Shown one piece after another: positions 1-8,959 of a stretch of DNA of 56,410 nucleotides. The notes under the pieces are model-generated. The model did no database searches and had not been told where the DNA came from. It worked only from the letters and a program-made list of their open reading frames with translations. The translations under genes were made by a program, and so were the position numbers. Source of the DNA: a virus (taxonomy: Duplodnaviria > Caudoviricetes); IMG/VR virus record IMGVR_UViG_3300031759_000027, positions 1-56,410 of that record; one strand, 5' to 3'. Position 1 is the stretch's first letter, and every line of letters starts with the position of its first letter.

Positions 1-17
1 AACTATGAAAGAACAAA

Positions 18-761
18 ATGGCAACTAAAAAAATAATTCCAATTAAGCAGATCACTGCGTGGTCATTTAGTCGTTACAGTACGTACAAATCTTGCCCGTT
101 AAAAGCAAAGCTGGCATTCATTGACAAGATCAGTGAACCACCAAATGATGCGATGGTACGTGGAACTAAGATTCATGAACTTGCTGAGGACTACATCAAA
201 GGCAAGATTAGAGCGCTTCCACCTGAACTGAAGCTCTTTAAAGATGACTTCAAGTTTTACAAGACGCAGTACAAGAAAAGCATCAGCGGCATGGTTGTTG
301 AGGACACCTGGTCTTTTAGAAAAGATTGGACTGAAACCCAATGGAATGATTGGGCAGGTTGTTGGGTTCGGATTAAGCTTGACTGCGCGCACCATGAAGA
401 TGATCAGACACTTATTATCACGGACTTTAAGACCGGTAAATACCGTCAACAATCAAATGAGGAATATGTTGAGCAGCTTGAGCTTTATGCGCTTGCAGCC
501 TTGTTGTTGCATCCACACATCGAGGTGGCTAAACCACGGCTTCAGTACTTAGATGAGGGCGTAACTTACCCACCAGCTGACGAAGATTCATTAGTATTCA
601 CGCGTGCTGATATTCCAAAGCTTAAAAAGCTCTGGGAGAAGCGCACCAAGGCAATGCTTAGTGACACAACTTTCGCGCCTAAGGCAAATAACTTCTGCAG
701 ATGGTGTTGGTATGGTCAAAGCAAGAAAGCTGCAGGTGGTCCAGGACTTTGCAAGTATTAG
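18..761 (+). CDS. PD-(D/E)XK RecB/Cas4-like exonuclease
   Basis: WSFSR..Y..CP, GTKIHE, KLD...ITDFKTGK, QL..YAL motifs; C-terminal CRWC...C (possible Fe-S ligands). Confidence 0.85.
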   Translation: MATKKIIPIKQITAWSFSRYSTYKSCPLKAKLAFIDKISEPPNDAMVRGTKIHELAEDYIKGKIRALPPELKLFKDDFKFYKTQYKKSISGMVVEDTWSFRKDWTETQWNDWAGCWVRIKLDCAHHEDDQTLIITDFKTGKYRQQSNEEYVEQLELYALAALLLHPHIEVAKPRLQYLDEGVTYPPADEDSLVFTRADIPKLKKLWEKRTKAMLSDTTFAPKANNFCRWCWYGQSKKAAGGPGLCKY

Positions 762-762
762 C

Positions 763-1257
763 ATGCAAAAACCAGAGTCAAAGATTGAGCGTAAAGCTTG
801 CGAATTAGTTAAGCAGCATCTTGGTATCATCGGGTCAAAGTTAGTTGTGCCTGGTGATACCGGCTTTCCTGATAGAATCTTTTGGATTCCAGGTGGTAAG
901 CCGCTGCTTATTGAATTTAAAAGACCTGGTGAAGAACCAAAACCAAAACAACTTCATAATCATCAGCAACTTAGAAAATTAGGATATAGGGTAGAAGTAC
1001 ATGACAACGAACTTAGAGCTCTTCAAGCCGTCATCGACGCCGTGGAAACCACACAACTACCAAAAGAAGGCCGTGAAATTCTTGCTAGAGCACGCAGCAT
1101 CTGCGCTCTTCTTAGACCCAGGGTTGGGCAAGACATCGATCACATTAGCAGCCATCAAGATGTTAAAAAAGAAAAAGCTCCTAAACAAGGTGCTACTCAT
1201 CGCCCCATTAAGGGTGTGCTACAGCGTGTGGCCAAAAGAAATCGAAAAATGGACTGA
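763..1257 (+). CDS. VRR-NUC domain nuclease
   Basis: ESKIE...GFPDR...IEFKRPG....Q pattern; start moved to ATG 763 just after the upstream stop. Confidence 0.8.
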   Translation: MQKPESKIERKACELVKQHLGIIGSKLVVPGDTGFPDRIFWIPGGKPLLIEFKRPGEEPKPKQLHNHQQLRKLGYRVEVHDNELRALQAVIDAVETTQLPKEGREILARARSICALLRPRVGQDIDHISSHQDVKKEKAPKQGATHRPIKGVLQRVAKRNRKMD

Positions 1258-2479
1258 GTTCAATGATTTAAAAGTTGTTGTCTTACATGGCAAGCACAAA
1301 GAAAAGGCACTTCAAGAAGATGCTGACATCTACGTGATTAACCCAGAAGGTCTTGATTGGCTTTTAAAAGTTCAAAAAGAAAAGACCACGTCAGGCAAAA
1401 CCAAAGTAGCTTTAGACCTGAGAAGATGGAAGCAACTTGGATTTGACACGTTAATTGTTGACGAGCTTTCTAAGTTTAAGAACACGAACACCAACAGATT
1501 TAAAGCGATCAAGTTGATTCTTCATACATTTGGTCGTCGCTGGGGTTTGACAGGATCACCAGCATCAAATGGACTGCTAGACCTGTTCGGTCAGTGCTTT
1601 GTGATTGATCAGGGTAGAACCTTGGGTCCTTATATCACCCATTACCGCATGAAGTACTTCAATCCGACCTATGACGGCTTTGGCTGGGAAATCAGAGAAG
1701 GAGCTGAAGAAGAGATCTATGAGAGGTTGGCCCCGTTGGCCCTCAGAATGGCTGCTGACGATTATCTTGAGATGCCTACTCTAATTGAAAACAACATCAG
1801 AGTAGACCTTCCTGATGACATTAGAGATCTTTATGACCAGTTAGAAGAGGACCTGATTGCCAAAGTTGGTGATGGTGTAATTGTTGCAGCTACAGCCGCC
1901 GCCGCTTCGATTAAGTGTCGGCAAGTTGCGTCTGGTGGAATCTATCTAGATCCTGAGGTTGAGGCGTTAGTCAAGGTGCCAAAGACTAAGCGTGAATGGA
2001 TCAACCTACACACTGAGAAGGTGGATGCCTTAGCAGACCTCATTGATGAGCTGCAGGGATCACCCTTATTAGTAGCTTATGATTTTGCGCATGATCTAGA
2101 TCGGCTACAAGAGAAGCTTGGTAAAGAGGTGCCGTATATCGGAGGTGGAGTTAGCGCGACCAGGTCAGCCGAACTAGAGAAGCTTTGGAACGCTGGTAAG
2201 CTGCCAGTCCTATTAGGTCACCCACAGGCCATGGCGCATGGTCTAAACCTCCAAGAGATGGGCCATCATGTGGCTTGGCACAGCATGACTTGGGACTATG
2301 AGCTTTATGACCAGTTTATCCGCCGAGTCCTTAGACAGGGAAACAAGTCCAAGAAGGTGTTTGTTCACCACATTATGGCAAATGACACAATTGATGACGC
2401 AATGTTGGGATCTTTAAAAGCTAAAAAACGTGGTCAGAATGCTCTTTTTGATGCCTTAAAGCGGCTGCGGAAGAACTAG
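1001..2479 (+). CDS. SNF2-family (SF2) helicase
   Basis: YQ, GLGKT, DE(LS), LTGSP, HGLNLQ and Q..RRV.RQG motifs. Confidence 0.9.
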   Translation: MTTNLELFKPSSTPWKPHNYQKKAVKFLLEHAASALFLDPGLGKTSITLAAIKMLKKKKLLNKVLLIAPLRVCYSVWPKEIEKWTEFNDLKVVVLHGKHKEKALQEDADIYVINPEGLDWLLKVQKEKTTSGKTKVALDLRRWKQLGFDTLIVDELSKFKNTNTNRFKAIKLILHTFGRRWGLTGSPASNGLLDLFGQCFVIDQGRTLGPYITHYRMKYFNPTYDGFGWEIREGAEEEIYERLAPLALRMAADDYLEMPTLIENNIRVDLPDDIRDLYDQLEEDLIAKVGDGVIVAATAAAASIKCRQVASGGIYLDPEVEALVKVPKTKREWINLHTEKVDALADLIDELQGSPLLVAYDFAHDLDRLQEKLGKEVPYIGGGVSATRSAELEKLWNAGKLPVLLGHPQAMAHGLNLQEMGHHVAWHSMTWDYELYDQFIRRVLRQGNKSKKVFVHHIMANDTIDDAMLGSLKAKKRGQNALFDALKRLRKN

Positions 2480-2510
2480 TATAAGTAATAGCTAAAAATA
2501 GTTGAAAATA

Positions 2511-2590
2511 TTTGTAAATATGTGTTTACAAAGTGATTGTGAAGCACTATACTAATCATGTAGTCACTAATTAACTCTTGCTGAGGAAAT
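2511..2590 (+). promoter_or_regulatory. Early sigma70-type promoter copy 1 with palindrome and CTTGCTGAGG leader box
   Basis: TTTACA 2525-2530, 17 bp, TATACT 2548-2553; TTGTAA-N8-TTACAA over the -35; AATTAACTCTTGCTGAGGAAA before ATG 2595. Confidence 0.85.
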
Positions 2591-2594
2591 ACAA

Positions 2595-2771
2595 ATGAAA
2601 ACACTTTGGACACATGATGAAATGGTTGCTGCTGCAACCACTGATTTACCAACAGGTATTGATTATAAGAAATACCTTTTGCAAACAACAAATATGTACT
2701 CTCGCGCAGACGTCGAGGCAGCTAGAAGAATTTGCGTTGTAGTCGCTAAAAAACTTCTTGTTCCTGCCTAG
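2595..2771 (+). CDS. Hypothetical early protein (58 aa, MKTLWTHDEM...)
   Basis: Translated by hand; GAGG SD; first gene after promoter. Confidence 0.7.
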   Translation: MKTLWTHDEMVAAATTDLPTGIDYKKYLLQTTNMYSRADVEAARRICVVVAKKLLVPA

Positions 2772-2787
2772 TACGGAGATATGCAAA

Positions 2788-2994
2788 ATGAAATTTAGTC
2801 TCTATTTTGGTGGCTTCAAGCTTGCTGGCGGTCCCATCGAAGCTGCAAATATCGATGAAGCTCAAGGTATCGCAAATAAAAAATATCCACCAAACCGTCG
2901 TGGTAGCTGTGTTGCAGTCCGCGCAGATGCCGATTCACAAATTATTGCATACGCGAAAGCGCATTCAAAACAACTCTCACTACCTACAATCTAA
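2788..2994 (+). CDS. Hypothetical protein
   Basis: GGAG SD then ATG 2788; fills gap in operon. Confidence 0.65.
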   Translation: MKFSLYFGGFKLAGGPIEAANIDEAQGIANKKYPPNRRGSCVAVRADADSQIIAYAKAHSKQLSLPTI

Positions 2995-3012
2995 CTCTTG
3001 CTGAGGAAAACC

Positions 3013-3447
3013 ATGTCTAATATTAAAGTCTATTCTAACAGAGACTCTGCCACATCTGCGCTTCGTAAGATGGGCATTGAAGCTCGCGATTACAACCTAT
3101 TTATCTTCAAGGTTAAAGATGACAAAACTAAAGTTGAATGCAACTTTGATCTTGCAGATGCCTACTTAAAAAACAAACACAAATTTGAGAAGCCATTGGG
3201 ATCTCATAAGTTGAAATACATCAAGCAGCCAAAGCCACCTAAAGAACCAAAGATTCCACGTAAGACGTTGTCTGGAGATGTGCGCAAGATGATTCTTGAG
3301 GGTAAATCAAATCAAGAAATTTGGGCAATTATTAAAGTTGACTGGAAACTTGATGATTCTAAAAAGCACTATCCTACTTGGTATCGTTGTGAGATGTCTC
3401 GTAAAGGTTTACTTATTAAGACTGTTGGTTACGGAGACGCACAATGA
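3013..3447 (+). CDS. Hypothetical basic protein with putative DNA-binding C-terminal domain
   Basis: AACTCTTGCTGAGGAAAA box before ATG 3013; C-terminus paralogous to that of 3754..4350. Confidence 0.7.
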   Translation: MSNIKVYSNRDSATSALRKMGIEARDYNLFIFKVKDDKTKVECNFDLADAYLKNKHKFEKPLGSHKLKYIKQPKPPKEPKIPRKTLSGDVRKMILEGKSNQEIWAIIKVDWKLDDSKKHYPTWYRCEMSRKGLLIKTVGYGDAQ

Positions 3448-3532
3448 AAGACTTCATCTTAGCTTGTCTAATGGGTCTAGTACTTGGTGCTGGTCTAATG
3501 TATGTCTATCTACTTAGAATTGGTGTTTACGC

Positions 3533-3757
3533 ATGGCCGCTATAGAAATTGTTGACGAAGGTATGTATGATCATGTGCGATTTCAACTGTACATTGATGG
3601 CAGTCGTTGCGCAGCAATTACTAAAGCACCAAAGTGCCCAGTTCAATTTGTTTGGCAAGTCCATGGCCCGCAGTATTGGCCAGCAGCTAAGGAGTTGCTT
3701 CAAGGTTTACTTGAGCTTTCGGTAATCGCAGATAACCTAACAGGAGAGAAGCAATGA
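3533..3757 (+). CDS. Hypothetical protein
   Basis: ORF with ATGA overlap to next gene. Confidence 0.6.
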   Translation: MAAIEIVDEGMYDHVRFQLYIDGSRCAAITKAPKCPVQFVWQVHGPQYWPAAKELLQGLLELSVIADNLTGEKQ

Positions 3758-4350
3758 TTGCGCCATATTGGGACAGAGAAAGGAGAACTTGCATTGTAGT
3801 TCACCGGACGGATGATCTTGTGAAATACATCCCGCTTGAAGTTGCAATTGGTTTAGAAGTTTTGCAAATGAAGGCAAAAGAATTTGACCAGAAGTTTTCG
3901 CTAATGGTTAACTACTCGGCTGAAAAGGCATGTCGTTTATACACTGACTATGCACAGACAATCGGGGCAACAAAGGAGGCTCTAGATTTTCTAGGGAAAC
4001 TAATTGAAATCACTGAAAAGGAGTACAAAATGGCAACTACTAAGAAAAATGCCGCTGCAGTTAAATCAGTACCAACGAAGAAAGCAAGCGCTGCACCTAA
4101 AGAAGCAAAAGCCAGTTCACCGGCTAAGGAAAAGCCAGTGGCGACTGCTAAGCCTGCTAAGAGCGCTGGTAAGAAGCCGTCTGCAGCTCAGATGTTCCAA
4201 GATTTAATCATGGAAGGTAAACTGACAGACGACCAGATTTTTGAGAAGGTCCAAGCTGAATTTGGCCTTGATGAGAAAAAGCGAGCCTACGTCAAGTGGT
4301 ATCGCAACAACTTGCGCAAGCAAGGTAAAACTCCACCAGACGCAAAATAA
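3754..4350 (+). CDS. Hypothetical protein with Lys/Ala-rich linker and putative DNA-binding C-terminal domain
   Basis: GGAG SD; second AAGGAG SD before in-frame ATG 4030. Confidence 0.7.
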   Translation: MIAPYWDRERRTCIVVHRTDDLVKYIPLEVAIGLEVLQMKAKEFDQKFSLMVNYSAEKACRLYTDYAQTIGATKEALDFLGKLIEITEKEYKMATTKKNAAAVKSVPTKKASAAPKEAKASSPAKEKPVATAKPAKSAGKKPSAAQMFQDLIMEGKLTDDQIFEKVQAEFGLDEKKRAYVKWYRNNLRKQGKTPPDAK

Positions 4351-4366
4351 CTAAGGAAAAACTAAA

Positions 4367-5197
4367 ATGGTACAACGTAAAGAAAAGAACCGCGACGACC
4401 GCGAATTTGATAACACCCAGTTGCGCGAAGCTGGTCATGGCCGCACGCTGCATCGTGACTACTCAGCTCACTTTTTTCGCTGGTCATTTGCTCGTCGTTT
4501 TATTACACCTAAAGACACGGTCCTAGAGATTGGTTGCGGTGAAGATAAGCCGCTTAGCAAGATCTTGACTGGTGGCGCAGCAGCTCGTGTCGATAAGTAT
4601 GTTGGTGTTGATCTAAATAAACTTAAACCATCAGGTAGTCAGCGCTTGACTTTCCTAGGTGAGTTTAATTTTGTTGAGCGCCATAAAGAACTTCTTAAAG
4701 ACGAATTTAAGGATGGCTTTGATGTTGTGGTTCATTATGAAGTCATTGAGCACATGCACAGCAAGTACACCTTAAAGTTCTTGAAGAATTGCTTTGATTC
4801 ATTAAAGCCAGGTGGCGCAATGTTAATGTCTACTCCAGTTTGGGATCATGTACGCATGGCGGCAAATCACATCAATGAGATGGACGTTGAGACTTTGCAA
4901 AAGCATACTGAAAAAGCAGGCTTCATAGTTGAGCGTCGCTTTGGAACTTTTATGGACATCAAGCACATCGGTAAGGTAGATACTGACCGCGCATCTAAAG
5001 CTTCAATCGCAGAAGTTCGTACTGCATTAGCTGAGTACTTTGACAACGACGCAATCAGCAACATCTTTGGCCCGCTTTATCCAGATAGTTCACGCAACAA
5101 TCTTTGGGTTTGTCGTAAGCCTTTAGATGGCGCAGCAGCTAAACCTACTAAAGCACCAGCCAAAAAAGTTGCTGCTAAAGGAAAGGCTCCATTCTGA
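4367..5197 (+). CDS. Class I SAM-dependent methyltransferase
   Basis: VLEIGCG motif I, YVGVD, FDVVV..EVIEH, LKPGG...STP; small-molecule (UbiG-like) pattern; no PC or (D/N)PPY DNA-MTase motif seen. Confidence 0.85.
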   Translation: MVQRKEKNRDDREFDNTQLREAGHGRTLHRDYSAHFFRWSFARRFITPKDTVLEIGCGEDKPLSKILTGGAAARVDKYVGVDLNKLKPSGSQRLTFLGEFNFVERHKELLKDEFKDGFDVVVHYEVIEHMHSKYTLKFLKNCFDSLKPGGAMLMSTPVWDHVRMAANHINEMDVETLQKHTEKAGFIVERRFGTFMDIKHIGKVDTDRASKASIAEVRTALAEYFDNDAISNIFGPLYPDSSRNNLWVCRKPLDGAAAKPTKAPAKKVAAKGKAPF

Positions 5198-5658
5198 TGG
5201 GAATCAAATTCACGAATCACGTGGATGTGGCCGACTTCCAAAAGAAGTTTGGCCATCTTCATAACAATAAACCAACGCATTTGACATTGAGAAAACTTCA
5301 AGAGCGCACTGCTTGCATGCTTGAAGAGCTTCAAGAATTTGTTGATGCCGCACATGCGCAAGATTTGGCTGGTCAGGCAGATGCACTTGTAGACCTGGTC
5401 TACTTTGCGCTAGGAACTGCAAACATGATGGGTCTTCCATGGCAAGCATTGTGGGACGACGTCCATCAAGCAAACATGCGAAAGGTCCCAGGTGTTACGA
5501 AGCGAGGCCATTTGGTTGATTGTGTCAAACCTGAAGGTTGGGTCGGGCCAAAGACACTAGAAATCCTTGAGCGCTTTGGGTATAACAAGGAAGTCGATTC
5601 AAAAGAGGAGAACCATTGTGATGATGCCGAATATCAGCGCAGCCCTGACAATCTTTGA
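5197..5658 (+). CDS. MazG-like all-alpha nucleotide pyrophosphohydrolase
   Basis: EELQEF...DALVDLVYFA.G...VH.ANM.K...KPEGW pattern. Confidence 0.85.
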   Translation: MGIKFTNHVDVADFQKKFGHLHNNKPTHLTLRKLQERTACMLEELQEFVDAAHAQDLAGQADALVDLVYFALGTANMMGLPWQALWDDVHQANMRKVPGVTKRGHLVDCVKPEGWVGPKTLEILERFGYNKEVDSKEENHCDDAEYQRSPDNL

Positions 5659-6553
5659 AGGTCCTGATGGTTCTGGTAAGTCAACTGCAGCAAAGGCTTA
5701 CGCAGAACTCACAGGAGCTAAGTACGTCCATTTTCCTGCTTTGCCTAGAGTATCACGTGGCTTAGCTAGAATGTATGTCGAGGCCATGCTTCCTGCGCTT
5801 CTCGGGTACCAGTCAGTTGTCTTTGACCGCTGCTGGTTAAGTGAAATCCCTTACGGAATTGCTTTTCGTGAGGGTTATGATCGGATGACCAGAGCTGACC
5901 GCCGGATGCTTGAGCGCTTGGCGATGCGTTGCGGAGCTGTTGTGGTGAAGTGCTTACCGCCTTGGGAGGACGTTAAACGAACTTATCTAAGTCGTAAGCA
6001 CATGGAGATGTTAGACAATGATGCGCAGTTGAAAACTGTTTACGAGCTTTATGTTAAGCAGAATACTGATCTACCAGTCTACGACTACGATTACACCATG
6101 CAGCCTGCGGGCATTACACCTGATGATTTAACAGGTCTAAGAATGATTTTGCATCCAACTGGTATGGCGTCAGCTGGTAATCTAAGTCCAACATCAATTG
6201 TACTTGTTGGTGAATCATTTGCAGAGCGCAAAGACAATGATTCATTTTATCAATGGCCGTTTGCCTCATTTACAAATGAAGGTTGCAGCCGCTGGTTAAC
6301 AGATCAACTAGACATTGCTGACATCAGAGAGAATAATCTATTTTGGATAAATGCTGATCAAGATCTTTCGGTTTTGAAATCATTTCTCAGAAAACCAGCA
6401 ATTGCATTAGGCGCAGAAGCTTGTCTAAAACTAGAAAAATTAGATATCGATGCGATTGGTATTCCGCATCCTCAATATCACAAAAGATTTAATGGTCGAG
6501 AAAACTACGCACTGATAACAACTATTAACAAAGTAAAGGCACAAAAGGTATGA
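5621..6553 (+). CDS. dNMP (thymidylate-type) kinase fused to a UDG-like domain
   Basis: IFEGPDGSGKST P-loop and FDR motif; C-terminal IVLVGE...PF...INA...IALG..A...PHP; AGGAG SD before ATG 5621. Confidence 0.8.
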   Translation: MMPNISAALTIFEGPDGSGKSTAAKAYAELTGAKYVHFPALPRVSRGLARMYVEAMLPALLGYQSVVFDRCWLSEIPYGIAFREGYDRMTRADRRMLERLAMRCGAVVVKCLPPWEDVKRTYLSRKHMEMLDNDAQLKTVYELYVKQNTDLPVYDYDYTMQPAGITPDDLTGLRMILHPTGMASAGNLSPTSIVLVGESFAERKDNDSFYQWPFASFTNEGCSRWLTDQLDIADIRENNLFWINADQDLSVLKSFLRKPAIALGAEACLKLEKLDIDAIGIPHPQYHKRFNGRENYALITTINKVKAQKV

Positions 6554-7365
6554 ACTACTTCCCAGAAGTCTGGATTGATACATTAGACGACCTTATGAAC
6601 AACGGCAGATTCGTTGCTCCTAGGGGTAAGATGACACGTGAGCTCCCGCAGCGGACTATTGAAGTTGATATGCGCCGCCCAGTTCTTACAGTGCCAGCTA
6701 GAAAGCTTAGCTACCAGTTCATGGCTGCTGAAGCTTATTGGATTTTAACTGGTGATGATCGTGTTGCTTCAATTGCGCCGTATAACAAGAACATTGCTAA
6801 CTTTAGCGATGATGGTGAAACTTTCTTTGGGGCTTATGGTCCGAAGATCTTAAATCAGATTGAGTACGTAGTTGCTAAGTTAGTTGCTGACCCCGGTAGT
6901 AGGCAGGCAGGATTGACTATCTGGCGAGAGAATCCTCCTGAGACTAAGGATGTACCTTGCACAGTTGCTGTCTTCTTCTCAATTCGAGGATTAGAACTGA
7001 ATTGCCACGTGTTTATGAGGTCCTCTGATGCATGGTTAGGTGTACCTTATGATGTGTTTAACTTCAGCATGCTATCACACCTAGTTTGCAGCCTAGTTAA
7101 TGAGAAGACGTGGGCAATAAATGACGCGACAACTGAAGAACGAATTTTATACGCCCCAGGCACCTTGTACCTGACTGCTGCGTCGTCTCATATTTACTCT
7201 GAGCACTGGGAAGCTGCGCAAAGTCCAGCAATTAGAAAGTGGGAGCATCAACATGCAACACCTCACCAATGTTTTACTAAGGCCACTGCGATTTACGCAA
7301 CGCTTCAAAAGCTTCGTGACTCTAAACCTGGCGATTCAATTCGTTGGTGGGAGCAAATGAAATGA
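6550..7365 (+). CDS. Thymidylate synthase superfamily enzyme, dCMP-modifying (Asp) type
   Basis: GAYG, SRQA, DVPC (catalytic Cys), MRSSD..LGVPYD, S.HIY; Asp168 at the ThyA Asn177 position. Confidence 0.85.
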   Translation: MNYFPEVWIDTLDDLMNNGRFVAPRGKMTRELPQRTIEVDMRRPVLTVPARKLSYQFMAAEAYWILTGDDRVASIAPYNKNIANFSDDGETFFGAYGPKILNQIEYVVAKLVADPGSRQAGLTIWRENPPETKDVPCTVAVFFSIRGLELNCHVFMRSSDAWLGVPYDVFNFSMLSHLVCSLVNEKTWAINDATTEERILYAPGTLYLTAASSHIYSEHWEAAQSPAIRKWEHQHATPHQCFTKATAIYATLQKLRDSKPGDSIRWWEQMK

Positions 7366-7832
7366 GGCCAGATCGTGATGAGTGGGCGATGGACTTGGCC
7401 TTGTTGACCTCTAGAAGATCAACTTGCTTACGCCGTCAAGTAGGTTGTATTCTATTAAACGAGCGAGGACATGTTTTAGCAACCGGGTACAACGGGGTCG
7501 CTGCTGGGCAACCTCATTGCAATCATCACGATCAGTATCATGAGCTTGGGTTTCCTAACGCGTGTTCTGGTGCCCACTCACCAAGTGGGACAAATTTAGA
7601 TGGTTGTCAAGCAATTCACGCAGAGCAAAATGCTTTGTTACAGTGTCGTGATGTTTACACGATTCATACAGCCTACACAACAACAAGTCCATGCGTTACT
7701 TGCGCAAAGCTTTTGCTAAACACTAGCTGCCAGCGAATTGTCTTCTTTGAGGCATACGTTAATCAAGACGCCAAAAAGCTTTGGGAAGATGCCGGACGTG
7801 AGTGGGTTCATTTTAAATACATGAGGGAATAA
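7362..7832 (+). CDS. dCMP deaminase family protein
   Basis: STC.RR.VG, GYNG, HAEQNA, PCxxC. Confidence 0.9.
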   Translation: MRPDRDEWAMDLALLTSRRSTCLRRQVGCILLNERGHVLATGYNGVAAGQPHCNHHDQYHELGFPNACSGAHSPSGTNLDGCQAIHAEQNALLQCRDVYTIHTAYTTTSPCVTCAKLLLNTSCQRIVFFEAYVNQDAKKLWEDAGREWVHFKYMRE

Positions 7833-7834
7833 TC

Positions 7835-8119
7835 ATGGAAGATAATTTTCAGATGTTTGAGTTCATGCGAAAAACTATTGAACACAAAGGCCCAAAGTTT
7901 GCTGATCTAGTCCAAGCAATTTCAAATATTCAAACTGCACTGGGTTTGATTGATCAGGTGCATGGAGAAGAACTTGCCAAGCGGCTTGGTATTGCGATCA
8001 TGATGCCATTGATTTCATTAGCTAGCAGCTTAGAGATTGAAGAGTTTGATTTACTGAAGCATGTGGATATGATCCATAAGCTTGCAAGAGAAGATATCGA
8101 CGAGCTTAGGAAGGGGTAA
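7835..8119 (+). CDS. Hypothetical protein
   Basis: GAGG SD; packed after deaminase. Confidence 0.65.
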   Translation: MEDNFQMFEFMRKTIEHKGPKFADLVQAISNIQTALGLIDQVHGEELAKRLGIAIMMPLISLASSLEIEEFDLLKHVDMIHKLAREDIDELRKG

Positions 8120-8121
8120 TC

Positions 8122-8521
8122 ATGGTAATGATTTTACTTTTAGCTGGTATTATTTTTGGTCTGTTTGCAGTAGTTCAAACTATCTTATTGATTTTTCACC
8201 TGATTGGAAAAATGTATGCGTACCTTAACAAAGCTTAAATTGTCAATGATTTGCGGAGTCAAAATGTTTAAACGAGCATGGACTGAACTTGGCAAAATTC
8301 AGTCTATTGCAAAAGAAGGCGATAATATTGTCGTGGTTCACGAAGTGGAGTTTAGACTATGAAAGGACAACGAAAATATGGTAGGAACTATAACGATCGA
8401 CTCAAGCTTGATAATTTGGTCATTGTTGGAGATAGTCATTTGGTATGGAAGTTTTCTCCTGGGAGCATTTCTGGGCTACCTTATCTTATGCCTGTTCTTG
8501 TACATACTGAGGAAATAAGCT
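8122..8521 (+). other. Three tightly packed tiny ORFs (about 38-58 aa; first is hydrophobic)
   Basis: Hand translation: MVMILLLAGII..., MRTLTKLKL..., MKGQRKYGR...; overlapping starts and stops. Confidence 0.45.
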
Positions 8522-8959
8522 ATGGAAACAACTGAGTTTAAAACAGCTGTGACGTTTATTATCATAGTTTTAATTGCGATTATATTTGAGTTACCCGCGC
8601 GAATTATTAAACGATTGCAGCGCAAACAGATTGTTAAAGTTCAGATCGACGTTAATAAAATATTTGATAAGCCAGTAGATAAAGACAACGGATATTCAGA
8701 GCTTATGGCTACATGGACCGAACAAGATTTTTGGTACCCGCCTGAAATAAAGCCTGTTAGAGAAGGGGTTTACCGGGTCAAGTGGATCTCAACTATAGGC
8801 ACACCAATATTAAACTTTGCGTATTGGCGCCTTGGTGGCTGGGGAGTCATCTCCCATACGATCGATGGAGCTGCTGCAAACAAACATTCACAAAACTGTG
8901 TTATTCAAGACTTCGAATGGCGAGGTGTAACCTATGAAACTGAGCCCGTGGTTTCCTAA
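8522..8959 (+). CDS. Hypothetical protein with N-terminal TM helix
   Basis: Hydrophobic N-terminus; C-terminal W.P...PV..GVY...WRG domain shared with next gene. Confidence 0.65.
   Translation: METTEFKTAVTFIIIVLIAIIFELPARIIKRLQRKQIVKVQIDVNKIFDKPVDKDNGYSELMATWTEQDFWYPPEIKPVREGVYRVKWISTIGTPILNFAYWRLGGWGVISHTIDGAAANKHSQNCVIQDFEWRGVTYETEPVVS

Noticed and set aside
178-190. AACTTGCTGAGGA copy of the leader box inside the nuclease gene
   Set aside because: Encodes the conserved H-E-L-A-E-D region and has no suitably spaced start; probably coincidental, and a reminder that 10-nt matches can arise by chance
18-761. Cas4-like nuclease as evidence of CRISPR-Cas
   Set aside because: No repeat-spacer array or other cas genes seen; ordinary phage replication-module nuclease
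6550-7365. Calling this gene thyA
   Set aside because: Asp at the specificity position and the gene context argue against a canonical dUMP methylase
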